DNA from: a virus
Taxonomy: Duplodnaviria; Caudoviricetes
DNA length: 53,979 nucleotides
Direction: 5' to 3' (one strand)
Virus record (IMG/VR): IMGVR_UViG_3300032053_000102
Span: 1 to 53,979 of that record
The translations under genes and the position numbers were made by a program. The notes under the pieces were generated by a model, which was not told the origin of the DNA, ran no database searches, and was given only the letters and a program-made list of their open reading frames with translations. Below are positions 1-9,409 of the stretch, piece by piece (position 1 is the first letter of the stretch; each line of letters starts with the position of its first letter).

Positions 1-561
1 AGCGAAGAAGAAAAAAATGAATTGCAAAAGAATATTGATGATTTACGATCTTCTCTTTCGACTAAGGAAGAAGTCGCCGCGAAAGAGAAAAAAGCGATGG
101 AGCAACAATATGCCAAAGAACTAGAAGTAAAAGGTAAGGAAGCTGAAACATGGCGAACACGATTTACGACTTCAACAATCGAACGTGCATTGATTGATGC
201 TGCGGTAGAACAGAAGGCTGTTAGACCACAACAACTTGTTGATTTATTATCAGGAAAAACACGTTTGGTTGAACAAGTGGCAGATGGAAAATCAACTGGG
301 GAATTCGTCCCTCAAGTTAAATTTGAGGGTAAAGATAAAGACGGAAAGGCTATATTATTAGACCTTCCTGTCAAGGATGCATTGAAACAGATGAAAGAAG
401 ATGCCGATTCTTACGGAAATCTATTCCTTTCTGACGCGACTGGAGGCACAGGACAAACCCCGACTCCAGGGGGTAATAGAGGCACTGTCAATTTATTGGA
501 TACAGCGACGTACATTGCCCAACGTAAAAAAGGATTGAAACTAGAGCAAGTCAGAGGATGA
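1..561 (+). CDS. capsid scaffolding protein (5'-truncated)
   Basis: Frame is open from base 1; coiled-coil N-part and a G/T/P-rich linker near the C-terminus; directly upstream of the capsid gene. Confidence 0.7.
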   Translation, partial: SEEEKNELQKNIDDLRSSLSTKEEVAAKEKKAMEQQYAKELEVKGKEAETWRTRFTTSTIERALIDAAVEQKAVRPQQLVDLLSGKTRLVEQVADGKSTGEFVPQVKFEGKDKDGKAILLDLPVKDALKQMKEDADSYGNLFLSDATGGTGQTPTPGGNRGTVNLLDTATYIAQRKKGLKLEQVRG

Positions 562-565
562 AAAG

Positions 566-1942
566 ATGAAGTTCCAAACGTTCTACGCAAATAGCATTGA
601 TGCCCTTATTCCTGAAATTTGGGCAAATGAATCATTATTGATTCTTGAGGAAGAGATGGTTATGGGTAATTTGGTTCTCCATGATTTTAGTGATGAAGTT
701 GCTAATTTTGGTGAGACAGTTCATACTCGTAAGCCTGGTGAATTTGTTGCTGTTCGCAAGACTAATGCTGACAGTGTTACGAATCAGGATGTTGATGCGA
801 CCGATGTTGAAGTCGTGTTGAATCAGCATGTGCATGTTAGCTTTATTATCAAAGACGGTGAACAATCCAAGGCATTTAAGGATTTGGTGCAACTTTACTT
901 GGCACCTGCTATGCAGGCTAATGCCCGTATGTTGGATCAGGCACTTGCTGGCCAAGTGATGAGGTTCCTTGCTAATACTTGCGGTGCATTAAGTGGTTTA
1001 ACGAACAGCAATGCTCATGATTATTTGATTGATGCCCATGATCTACTGAATCAGAATAAAGCATACACGGAAGGACGTAACTTAGTCTTGACTTCTGCTT
1101 CTGAAGCTCAAATGCTCAAGACTGATCTATTCATTTCTGCTGAGCGAGTTGGTGATGGTGGTCGTGCGTTGCGTGAGGCTTCGCTCGGTCGTAAATTTGG
1201 TTTCAATTGTTTCATGGATTTGAATACTCCTTCGTGCAGCGGTGCAATGACTACAACGACCACGACTAAGTTGGCAACAGTCAAGGGTGCTACTGCTCCT
1301 GGTGATTGCTTGACGGCTGCGGTCGGTGTCGGTACTTATATTACGATTGCTGGTGATATGACCCCGTTGCGTAGCACAACGAATACCACGACTCTAGTTC
1401 CCACGCGAGCAATTCGCGAGGCGACAGCGAGTGGTGCAGTTGTAACCAAGTATCCTACGGCGGCAGTTGATTTGACTGCTAATTACGTTTCGGGTTGGGT
1501 CAAGGCTGTCCATATTGATGGTGGTGCTGTCCCGCATGTTGGACAACTTGTATCTTTTAATGCTGGTGACGGTGCTACTGGTACTGTGCGTACCCCCGAG
1601 TACGTTATTATTCAGGTTGATAATACTGCTGCTTCTGATTATGACATTACATTGGATCGTCCTCTTGAGACTGCTTTAGCAAATGATGATCTTGTTTGTC
1701 TTGGTCCCAATGGTAGTTTCAATTTTGCTTTCCACCGTAATGCTTTGGCTCTTGTTAATCGTCCGTTAGCTCTGCCGATTCCAGGTGCAGGTGCTAAGGC
1801 TGCCGTCGCTGTTTACAATGGTATGGCAATGCGTGTTGTCATGCAGTATGTAAGCGAACTGCAAGGCCATCGTGTTACGATTGATAGTTTGTTCGGTGTC
1901 AAAGAACTTGATACCGCCCTCGGTGCTGTCCTCTTAGGTTAA
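566..1942 (+). CDS. major capsid protein (HK97 fold, P22-coat-like) with Thr/Ala/Gly-rich insertion
   Basis: N-terminal 'LIPEIWA', 'GETVHTRKP', and C-terminal 'AFHRNALAL...DSLFGVKELD' pattern; follows the scaffold and is followed by a terminator. Confidence 0.85.
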   Translation: MKFQTFYANSIDALIPEIWANESLLILEEEMVMGNLVLHDFSDEVANFGETVHTRKPGEFVAVRKTNADSVTNQDVDATDVEVVLNQHVHVSFIIKDGEQSKAFKDLVQLYLAPAMQANARMLDQALAGQVMRFLANTCGALSGLTNSNAHDYLIDAHDLLNQNKAYTEGRNLVLTSASEAQMLKTDLFISAERVGDGGRALREASLGRKFGFNCFMDLNTPSCSGAMTTTTTTKLATVKGATAPGDCLTAAVGVGTYITIAGDMTPLRSTTNTTTLVPTRAIREATASGAVVTKYPTAAVDLTANYVSGWVKAVHIDGGAVPHVGQLVSFNAGDGATGTVRTPEYVIIQVDNTAASDYDITLDRPLETALANDDLVCLGPNGSFNFAFHRNALALVNRPLALPIPGAGAKAAVAVYNGMAMRVVMQYVSELQGHRVTIDSLFGVKELDTALGAVLLG

Positions 1943-1950
1943 GGAACACG

Positions 1951-1982
1951 GTGCGGGTGATCGCAAGATCACCCGCACTTTT
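1951..1982 (+). terminator. intrinsic terminator after the capsid gene
   Basis: 12-bp stem GTGCGGGTGATC/GATCACCCGCAC, GCAA loop, then TTTT. Confidence 0.8.
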
Positions 1983-1988
1983 CCTACT

Positions 1989-2243
1989 ATGGACAACTGC
2001 AAAGACTCACAACGTGAATTCTGTGACTACAGATTTAGTAGTCAAGATAGAAAATTAGATAATTTAGATAAAAAATTAGATACGTTGATTGATGTAATCA
2101 AAGGTAATGGTAAATTAGGAATGGTTCTTAGAGTAGATAGATTGGAACAAGCACGCAAGCGACAAGTTAAATTGATCTGGGTAATTATAAGTGGTATTTT
2201 TGCATTACTTTGCAACACAGCAGCCGGACTATTAGGATTCTAA
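1989..2243 (+). CDS. small coiled-coil protein with C-terminal TM helix (possibly holin-like)
   Basis: LDNLDKKLDTL heptads and hydrophobic LIWVIISGIFALLC segment. Confidence 0.45.
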   Translation: MDNCKDSQREFCDYRFSSQDRKLDNLDKKLDTLIDVIKGNGKLGMVLRVDRLEQARKRQVKLIWVIISGIFALLCNTAAGLLGF

Positions 2244-2244
2244 A

Positions 2245-2649
2245 ATGGGAAGAACCTCAAGACTCATGTATAGATTATGGCGCTCTTGGGGTGTTCCTGT
2301 CGCCCTATATCGCGTAACAGATAGTGTAGTTGATCGTAAAACAGGAAAAATAGAATTAGTTACAGAAAAAATTAAAATTAGACATGGTGTGAAAACACCA
2401 GTTGATGAAAAATACTTTAAGGGAGTAAAGATTGGTGATATAGGACTAATCGTTGCATTGAATGAAACACCAGGACGAGAAGACTATTTTGTGATTGATG
2501 GATTTAGATATAGCGTGGTTTCGCATCAAACAGTTGACGAAGGTATCTACTTCCATTTACGCAAAGTACAAAAACAAATACCTCATCAAGAGTTGGAAGG
2601 TGTAAGGAAAGATCATTTAGAATTAGGAGACAATAATGCCAGTAATTGA
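2245..2649 (+). CDS. putative head-tail joining/closure protein
   Basis: Size, position and beta-rich 'DYFVIDGFRYSVV' pattern. Confidence 0.5.
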   Translation: MGRTSRLMYRLWRSWGVPVALYRVTDSVVDRKTGKIELVTEKIKIRHGVKTPVDEKYFKGVKIGDIGLIVALNETPGREDYFVIDGFRYSVVSHQTVDEGIYFHLRKVQKQIPHQELEGVRKDHLELGDNNASN

Positions 2650-3178
2650 CCTGAAAAAGGCCACAATACATATAATAGATGGCGTGGACAATGAAATTGA
2701 AATACGCATTGGTGAAGGTAATTTAATTTGGAAAGAAACTAGAAACAGGCAATATATCTTAGATCGTGGTAGATTATATGCTGTCAGGGAAAGTGATGAG
2801 ACAGCAATTGATGTATCTTTCGCATTTACTTGGGATTGGTTGCGTTCGGATGATTCTGTTACAATAGAGGAAGCACTCAAACAAGTAGGTGCTGCTGAAC
2901 ATTGGGTTACATCTGGTTCAGACATTTGTGAACCATATGCTGTCGATATTCAAATTGAAAATAATAATGGATGCGATGAAATTTTAGATGAAAGGATTAC
3001 ATTATCAGAATTTCGGTACGAGAGTCTTGACCATGACCTTAAAGCCGGTACAGTTTCAGTCAACGGTAAGTGCAATAGAGTTGCACCTACAGTTGTGCGA
3101 ATAGAGTTAAGTTTGTGGGATGTATTTAGTTGGAGCGAATGGGATGTATTTAGTTGGGAAGGATGGGACGAACTATGA
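2636..3178 (+). CDS. tail tube protein paralog with Trp-rich C-terminal extension
   Basis: Colinear with 3630..4112 (shared MPVIDLK, GEGN, NRQYILDRG, CEPYAVDI, EFRYESLDHDLK). Confidence 0.7.
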   Translation: MPVIDLKKATIHIIDGVDNEIEIRIGEGNLIWKETRNRQYILDRGRLYAVRESDETAIDVSFAFTWDWLRSDDSVTIEEALKQVGAAEHWVTSGSDICEPYAVDIQIENNNGCDEILDERITLSEFRYESLDHDLKAGTVSVNGKCNRVAPTVVRIELSLWDVFSWSEWDVFSWEGWDEL

Positions 3179-3630
3179 ATCAGAATTGGAATAGATGGAT
3201 TGAAGCTTCATGCACAGATTATTTTGAAACCAATAAAGGTGAGTATAATTTTTGTACCGAAGGTGATCGTGTAGACAAGAACAAATTTGATTTATGGTGC
3301 GACTTTTATTTCATTGGGCCAAAAATCCAAGAATTAAGTCGCAACTTTTATCGTCTTGATTGCACAATCCAACTGGTATTAACTGAAGTACCGAATGATC
3401 AAGACGCATATAGATTACAGCAAATGGTTGGATATTTTGCTGCACTTTACGGCATGATTCCAGTGTATAGGTATGGATTAACAGCAGATGATATGGAGAA
3501 TGATCAAACACTATTAGGTTGCTTGCAGCTTAATGGTCCAGTTGATACGAATGTTGTAGGTGAAGAAACTAAATTGATGCAAGCGACAGTTCGTGCGGAT
3601 TTCCGAATGTACCTTGAAGGAGACGACTAA
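3175..3630 (+). CDS. putative tail terminator protein
   Basis: ATG 3175 overlaps the previous stop (ATGA); about 150 aa, immediately before the tail tube gene. Confidence 0.5.
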   Translation: MNQNWNRWIEASCTDYFETNKGEYNFCTEGDRVDKNKFDLWCDFYFIGPKIQELSRNFYRLDCTIQLVLTEVPNDQDAYRLQQMVGYFAALYGMIPVYRYGLTADDMENDQTLLGCLQLNGPVDTNVVGEETKLMQATVRADFRMYLEGDD

Positions 3631-4112
3631 TGCCTGTAATTGACCTCAAAAATACTACGATTAAGATTCAAGATGGTGATAGTAATGAGATTGAAGTACG
3701 TGTTGGTGAAGGTAATATTACTTGGAAAGAAACCAAGAATCGGCAATATATTTTGGATCGTGGTGAACTTGATGCGGTGCGTGACGGTGATGAAGCACCT
3801 GTTGATTTGACACTGGCTTTCACATGGGAATGGCTCAGGTCCAATGGAGCTGAGGCTGTTACGGTGGAAGAGGCACTCAAGAAGGAAGGTGCTGCATCAG
3901 CATGGGAAACTTCTGGTGCTGATGCTTGTGAACCATATGCAGTCGATATTATTGTTGAAAATGAAGGTGGTTGTGGTGCTGTTCTTGATGAATTGATTAC
4001 TTTTTCTGAATTTCGTTACGAAAGTCTTGACCATGATCTTAAATCTGGGACTGTTACAGTCAGCGGTAAGTGTAATGAAGTTGCACCGACTATCATTCGG
4101 ACTGCTTTATAA
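3630..4112 (+). CDS. major tail tube protein
   Basis: Acidic, beta-rich, 160 aa; strong SD (AAGGAG); precedes the chaperone and tape measure. Confidence 0.7.
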   Translation: MPVIDLKNTTIKIQDGDSNEIEVRVGEGNITWKETKNRQYILDRGELDAVRDGDEAPVDLTLAFTWEWLRSNGAEAVTVEEALKKEGAASAWETSGADACEPYAVDIIVENEGGCGAVLDELITFSEFRYESLDHDLKSGTVTVSGKCNEVAPTIIRTAL

Positions 4113-4133
4113 CCTAACACCAGGAGCACTTCT

Positions 4134-4604
4134 ATGAAAATCGGCGGAAAAGCGTTATCGGCTCCCAAGCCAGAGATTATAGTTATCCCTCGTGATGAGG
4201 ATGCAATCGTATTCCATGCACAGGCGATACTAGATGATTCTGAATTTGATAATCTTTGTCCAACACCTTTACCACCTATTATTACGAAGAGGGGTGGCTC
4301 GCAATTTAAGGATGTGGAGGATCGTAAGTTTCTTGATAAATTAGCCCAACATTCACGTAAACGGTTTGCTTGGTTGATCCTCAAATCATTATCAGCAACT
4401 CCGGGTCTTGAATGGGAGAAGGTTGATCTCAAGAATCCAGATACTTGGTTACTTTATGACGAAGAATTAAAGGCAACTGGATTCGTTCAGGCTGAAATAA
4501 ATCGGATTATTCAAGGTGTTATGGATGCTAATGCAATGAATGATGAAAAGGTCAAACAGGCAAAGGACCGTTTTTTACTTTCGCAAGCGGGGGAGTTGCC
4601 CTAA
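4134..4604 (+). CDS. tail assembly chaperone (gpG-like)
   Basis: Lies between tube and tape measure; in-frame slippery heptamer T TTT TTA at 4571-4577. Confidence 0.75.
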   Translation: MKIGGKALSAPKPEIIVIPRDEDAIVFHAQAILDDSEFDNLCPTPLPPIITKRGGSQFKDVEDRKFLDKLAQHSRKRFAWLILKSLSATPGLEWEKVDLKNPDTWLLYDEELKATGFVQAEINRIIQGVMDANAMNDEKVKQAKDRFLLSQAGELP

Positions 4605-4783
4605 AACTCCCTCCGGGGAGAACAGTTGACTATCAAATCTGGCACGCTTGCGAGCGTTTTAATATATTACCGCCAGAAGTTAAAAATAAATGGGACGAGA
4701 ATGATTGGTGGACACAATTGTGTTTACTTGAATATGACTTTGGGAGAACGACCGAGGACGTGAAAATGCAGGGCTTGCTATGA
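4571..4783 (+). CDS. -1 frameshift extension of the chaperone (gpGT-like); not in ORF track
   Basis: -1 frame open from the slippery site (..FTFASGGVALKLPPGRTVDYQIWHACERF..MQGLL) to TGA 4781-4783, overlapping the next ATG. Confidence 0.75.
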   Translation, partial: FFTFASGGVALKLPPGRTVDYQIWHACERFNILPPEVKNKWDENDWWTQLCLLEYDFGRTTEDVKMQGLL

Positions 4784-5340
4784 TAACCGTAAAAAGTGGC
4801 CTCAAGAAGATGAAGTTCAATAGTATCAAATTGCAAAAGGACATGGCAATTACTTTAGAACAAATCTTCACTGAGGCCATACATGCCTTTATGGTTGAGT
4901 TAATAAATCATGTTCCAGTACAAACTGGCATGGCCCGTGCTTCTATTCAACCACTTGCTGAGTGGTTGTCACGTCAAGTTGGCAGAAAATTTCTAAAGGG
5001 CGTTGGACCGGTGACGGTTCCAATTGATCCTAAGCGAACTGGACCCTGGGCTCGTCAGAGACGAGCCAAGGGTCCCTCTTTAGGTAAGCAAGAGCCATTC
5101 CTTAGTAAACAGGGTAGTAATCAATATCTCCAGAATCTTGTATTTACGTGGGATACAAAAGTTCCACATTGGTCTTATTTGGAAGATGATTCGCATCCCA
5201 AAGTAAAGAGTGCCCCGTGGCACGCTACTGAATACGCTAGTAATGATTTCTGGACTATAATTTCTAATGCAATAACATATCGGATGCCACAATTGGCAAA
5301 TTATATTATACTCTCAGAAAGGACCGTGGAATATGAGTGA
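4780..5340 (+). CDS. HK97 gp10-like tail completion/neck protein
   Basis: 'VPVQTGMARASI' matches the PVdTG.lr.Si motif; basic protein. Confidence 0.55.
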   Translation: MITVKSGLKKMKFNSIKLQKDMAITLEQIFTEAIHAFMVELINHVPVQTGMARASIQPLAEWLSRQVGRKFLKGVGPVTVPIDPKRTGPWARQRRAKGPSLGKQEPFLSKQGSNQYLQNLVFTWDTKVPHWSYLEDDSHPKVKSAPWHATEYASNDFWTIISNAITYRMPQLANYIILSERTVEYE

Positions 5341-8300
5341 ACAACGACAAGTAATGGTTTGGGATGTTGGTCAACCTGTACGAGCTATGAATTCAGTGAC
5401 AAGGTCACTAGAAAAAGTTAATAGTACACTTGACGCATCAACAAAATATTATAAAACAGTTGATGAAAAAGGTAAGACATTAGTTGTTACATGGGAAAAA
5501 CAATTAGATATTGGTACAAAATTAACTGGCACATTGAGACTTCAAGGTGCTGTATGGCACAAGGTTGGAGAATCTGTAGAATATACGACTAAAGCTGTCG
5601 ATAAATTAACTGCAGCAGAATTGCGGCATATGAAGGTTGTTGATTCAGTTAATGCCAAACGAGAAGCAGCTCGTTTTAGAAAATTACCAGCAGCTCAACA
5701 AAAATCTTACGTTGATCCTTTTAGTCTTAATGCTGATATTGAAGGGGAGCGACTACAATCTTTAAATCAATCACTTGCTAAAGACAAACGAAATTATGGT
5801 GTTGGATCAATCTTTGAGGAGGCAAAGGCACATGAAAAAACCGCAACGAGAATTGCTAAGGCTTCTACTGATAAGGCCGATGCCTATGTAAAAAATAATG
5901 AACGTATTGCATTATCTTGGCAGGGTATAATACGAATCATTGAAGCTCAATTATTATTTCGTGTAATTGCACAAGTTGTGCAGCAATTAAGTGAAGCAAC
6001 TAGAACTGCTGAACAGTTCAGCATTAGATTAGCTGAAATTCAAACTATTAGTCAAAAAGCGGGAACTAGTAATAAGCAATTAAGTAATGAAATATATGAA
6101 TTGTCTAATGCTTTCGGTTTGCCTGTTCTACAGGTAGCTGAAGGTTATTATCAAGCAATTAGTAATCAGACTGTTACTGCGGCTAATGCTACTGCCTTTA
6201 TGCGTGAAGAAGCTAAATTGGCAACAGTTGCTGTATCAACACTTGATGAAGCAGTTAATTCTACTACATCTATACTTAATGCTTTTGGGATGAATATATC
6301 AGAGGCTGCTAGAGTTAATGCAATATTATTTAAGGGTGTTGATTTAGGTCGTATGCGCCTTGATGAATTAGCTAATTCATTAGGTCGTGTATCTCTATTT
6401 TCTAAGCAATTAGGTATTACTTTTGAAGAACAGACTGCTGTATTAACTACCTTGACGGTTAAAGGTATTCAACTTCATGTTGCTGAAACTTTATTAGCAA
6501 ACGTCCAAAAGCATTTGATGCAACCTACTAAAGAGATGAATGCACTCTTTAGGGAATGGGGTGTTACTTCTGGTAAAGTTGCCATTGATACATTTGGTTT
6601 TATTGGTGTCTTAAGAAAGATGGCAAAGGCAGCAGAAGAATCTGGTGATGCTGCATCATATATGGCAGGTTTGTGGCAAGATATACGTGCAACAGTTGGT
6701 GGTATCGGTTTGACACAGTCGCTTGATACATTTGAAACACATATAGCAAAGATGCTAACTGAAGCATCAGGAGAATACGAAAAGGCAGTTGATATTGTTA
6801 TGTCTGCACCTGGTAAGAAGATGCAGATAGAACTTGCAAAAATGAAGAATTATTTCACTAAAGAGTGGGGTGATTCAATATTAAAATTCTTGATTGGTTT
6901 GGCTGATAGATTCGGTGGTCTTGATAAAGCTGCTGCGACATTGATGAATCGTGTATTACCATTTTTAGCGACTTTAATTGCTATCAAGGGTGTTATTCCT
7001 GGTACAGTCGCTGGTTTTAATTTCATGCGTCTTGCTTTGAATACTCTTAGTGTTTCAGTAGGTATTGTTGATAAAGGAACCAAGGCACTTACACTTTCTA
7101 CAACTGCATTGGCATCAGCCCAGACATTTGGTCTATCAATAGCTATCTATGCTCTTGTCGAAGCGTGGCAATATGCTTCAAAAGCAGAAGAACGCTATCT
7201 TGAAGGATTAAAAAAGGTTATTGATTCGAATAATGAAATTTTAGATAAGGCTGCTGAGGAAGAAACTAAGAAGTTAAGTGAAACGAATAAAAAATGGGAT
7301 GATGCTTTCAAAGAAAGATATAGAATTTTTCATCTTTTTATTGCAGCTATCCGACAAGTAAATACTCGAATGATTGATGAATTAACAGAAAGTATGAAAC
7401 AATATACTAAAGTCATTAATGCTGAATATAAGATTTTGATTGATGGTCTTGAAGCAGGTATCAAAAAGATTAAAGATCAAGCTAGTGCTGCAAAGGCAGA
7501 AGCTGAAAAAGCACAAGCATTTTTAGATAGATTAAAACAGAGAGGTGATGAATTTGCTTTTGAAGCAAGACTAAAAGGTAAAACACCTGAAGAACAACAA
7601 ACGATATTATTAGACGAGGCTAAGAGACAAAGACTTGTTGGTTTGGGTGCTAAAGATACAAAGAGTGCAGAACATGCATGGAATAAATTTGAAAAGATAA
7701 TGGCCAGGTACCACGATGTATCATTAAAGATGATAGAGGATGAAGCGAGTGAGAATGTAAGAGTTCAAGTAACAGAAGAAAAGAATTTAGAAAGATCATT
7801 AAATAAAAAGAAAAAAGCACAAGAGGCTTATTTTAATAGTGTTCAACGTATTCGTAGGCGTACTTTTGGTTCGCGTTATCAACAACGTATTGGACGCAAT
7901 CAGCAACGTATGGCAGACGCTGCAATACGTTATCAGCAACGTATGGCAGACGCTGGAGTCGAGGGTGTTGATCCTACACGCAAGCAATTGGTTAATGAAG
8001 AATTCCAACGTCTCCAGAAAAAGGAAGAGTCTGCTAAAAAAGTACAATTAATCGAACTTGCCACAGAACAAACACGATTAGAATTTGAAAAGAAATCAGA
8101 AGAAAGACTGAAAGCAAAGAGAAAAGAAGAAGAGGAAGAAGGCAAAAAAGCATTAGCACGAGAAATGTATTTAATTCGATTCAAAGAAAAGATGAAAGAA
8201 TTAGAAGCATATAAATTTGATCCTAAGAAGGGCGGTAAATCAGTAGAAGCAGAACAACTGATTAATGAGGCAAAATGGGCAGCTATTCTTGCTGGTGTTG

Positions 8301-9400
8301 AAAAAGAACAGTTGAATACATATTTTGGGCAAATTGAAGCCAGGCAAAAAGTATTGCGAACATTAGAAGGTCAACAACTAATTTCAGAAAATTTATTAAA
8401 ACTTCAAAAAGTAGCAAATGATAATGAAAAAGAACAAATAGCAAATAAAGACGCATTAGCTAAGGCAACAGGAGAGAGAAATGCTGCTGAGCTTGATTAT
8501 AAAAAAGTATGGTTTGATAATTTACTACTAATTGATGCAGAAATAAGCAAACGAAAGTCTACAGCTTTTGGTTGGGCTGAATTGGGGAATAAGAAAGAAT
8601 ATGAACGATTCCAAGATTTACAAGAAATCCAAAAATTATTAACTATACTTGAGTATACGGATCAAACAGACGAATCAAATAAAACTCCTTATTTTTATCA
8701 AAGGAAAATAGAATCATTACAAATGCTTAGCAAAATGATGAAAGAGGCTAGTCTATATGGGAAAGGAATGAGCATTTTGACTGATAAGAATACATATACA
8801 GATCAAGCAGTGATAATAGAAAATATGACTAAATCAACTGAGAAATTAGCAAAAGCAAAAAAAGAATTTAATGAAGTAGAAAGCAAAAAAGGTCAGTTAG
8901 AGGAAGATTTAGCAGCACTTGATGCTGCATTGGCATTAATTCCACCAGAATATCGTGCTCAAATTGAAGCAATGAAAGAAGCTGCTAAAGCAGAAGTCGA
9001 TACAATCCAGACACGAAGAGATGCAATAAGATTATTAGCAATAGATTTAGTTCGGTTGGCTGAGTTGTATCCGACAATCTTCCAGACTCCAATCAAACCG
9101 AATCCTGTAGGACAGAATCAAGCAACTGGTGGTTTTGTTCGTAGATTTGCATCAGGTGGTCCAGTTGGGACAGATACTATACCTGCATGGCTATCACCGG
9201 GTGAATATATCTGGAACGCACGTACAACGAGACAATACTATCCTTTAATCAATGCTCTAAATCGTTCAACTGGAAATACAACAAATGTGGGAGATATTAA
9301 CGTCACAGTCAAGGGTGGTGATACATCACAAATGACTGTTCGTAATATTGGGCAGGCTTTGAGGCGTGAAATTCGGCGTGGAACTGTCAAACTGAATTAG
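5333..9400 (+). CDS. tape measure protein
   Basis: 1355 aa, helical, Ala/Lys/Glu-rich; TP901-like core, central hydrophobic segment, C-terminal 'GTDTIPAWLSPGEY' motif. Confidence 0.9.
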   Translation: MSEQRQVMVWDVGQPVRAMNSVTRSLEKVNSTLDASTKYYKTVDEKGKTLVVTWEKQLDIGTKLTGTLRLQGAVWHKVGESVEYTTKAVDKLTAAELRHMKVVDSVNAKREAARFRKLPAAQQKSYVDPFSLNADIEGERLQSLNQSLAKDKRNYGVGSIFEEAKAHEKTATRIAKASTDKADAYVKNNERIALSWQGIIRIIEAQLLFRVIAQVVQQLSEATRTAEQFSIRLAEIQTISQKAGTSNKQLSNEIYELSNAFGLPVLQVAEGYYQAISNQTVTAANATAFMREEAKLATVAVSTLDEAVNSTTSILNAFGMNISEAARVNAILFKGVDLGRMRLDELANSLGRVSLFSKQLGITFEEQTAVLTTLTVKGIQLHVAETLLANVQKHLMQPTKEMNALFREWGVTSGKVAIDTFGFIGVLRKMAKAAEESGDAASYMAGLWQDIRATVGGIGLTQSLDTFETHIAKMLTEASGEYEKAVDIVMSAPGKKMQIELAKMKNYFTKEWGDSILKFLIGLADRFGGLDKAAATLMNRVLPFLATLIAIKGVIPGTVAGFNFMRLALNTLSVSVGIVDKGTKALTLSTTALASAQTFGLSIAIYALVEAWQYASKAEERYLEGLKKVIDSNNEILDKAAEEETKKLSETNKKWDDAFKERYRIFHLFIAAIRQVNTRMIDELTESMKQYTKVINAEYKILIDGLEAGIKKIKDQASAAKAEAEKAQAFLDRLKQRGDEFAFEARLKGKTPEEQQTILLDEAKRQRLVGLGAKDTKSAEHAWNKFEKIMARYHDVSLKMIEDEASENVRVQVTEEKNLERSLNKKKKAQEAYFNSVQRIRRRTFGSRYQQRIGRNQQRMADAAIRYQQRMADAGVEGVDPTRKQLVNEEFQRLQKKEESAKKVQLIELATEQTRLEFEKKSEERLKAKRKEEEEEGKKALAREMYLIRFKEKMKELEAYKFDPKKGGKSVEAEQLINEAKWAAILAGVEKEQLNTYFGQIEARQKVLRTLEGQQLISENLLKLQKVANDNEKEQIANKDALAKATGERNAAELDYKKVWFDNLLLIDAEISKRKSTAFGWAELGNKKEYERFQDLQEIQKLLTILEYTDQTDESNKTPYFYQRKIESLQMLSKMMKEASLYGKGMSILTDKNTYTDQAVIIENMTKSTEKLAKAKKEFNEVESKKGQLEEDLAALDAALALIPPEYRAQIEAMKEAAKAEVDTIQTRRDAIRLLAIDLVRLAELYPTIFQTPIKPNPVGQNQATGGFVRRFASGGPVGTDTIPAWLSPGEYIWNARTTRQYYPLINALNRSTGNTTNVGDINVTVKGGDTSQMTVRNIGQALRREIRRGTVKLN

Positions 9401-9409
9401 GAGTCAGAA

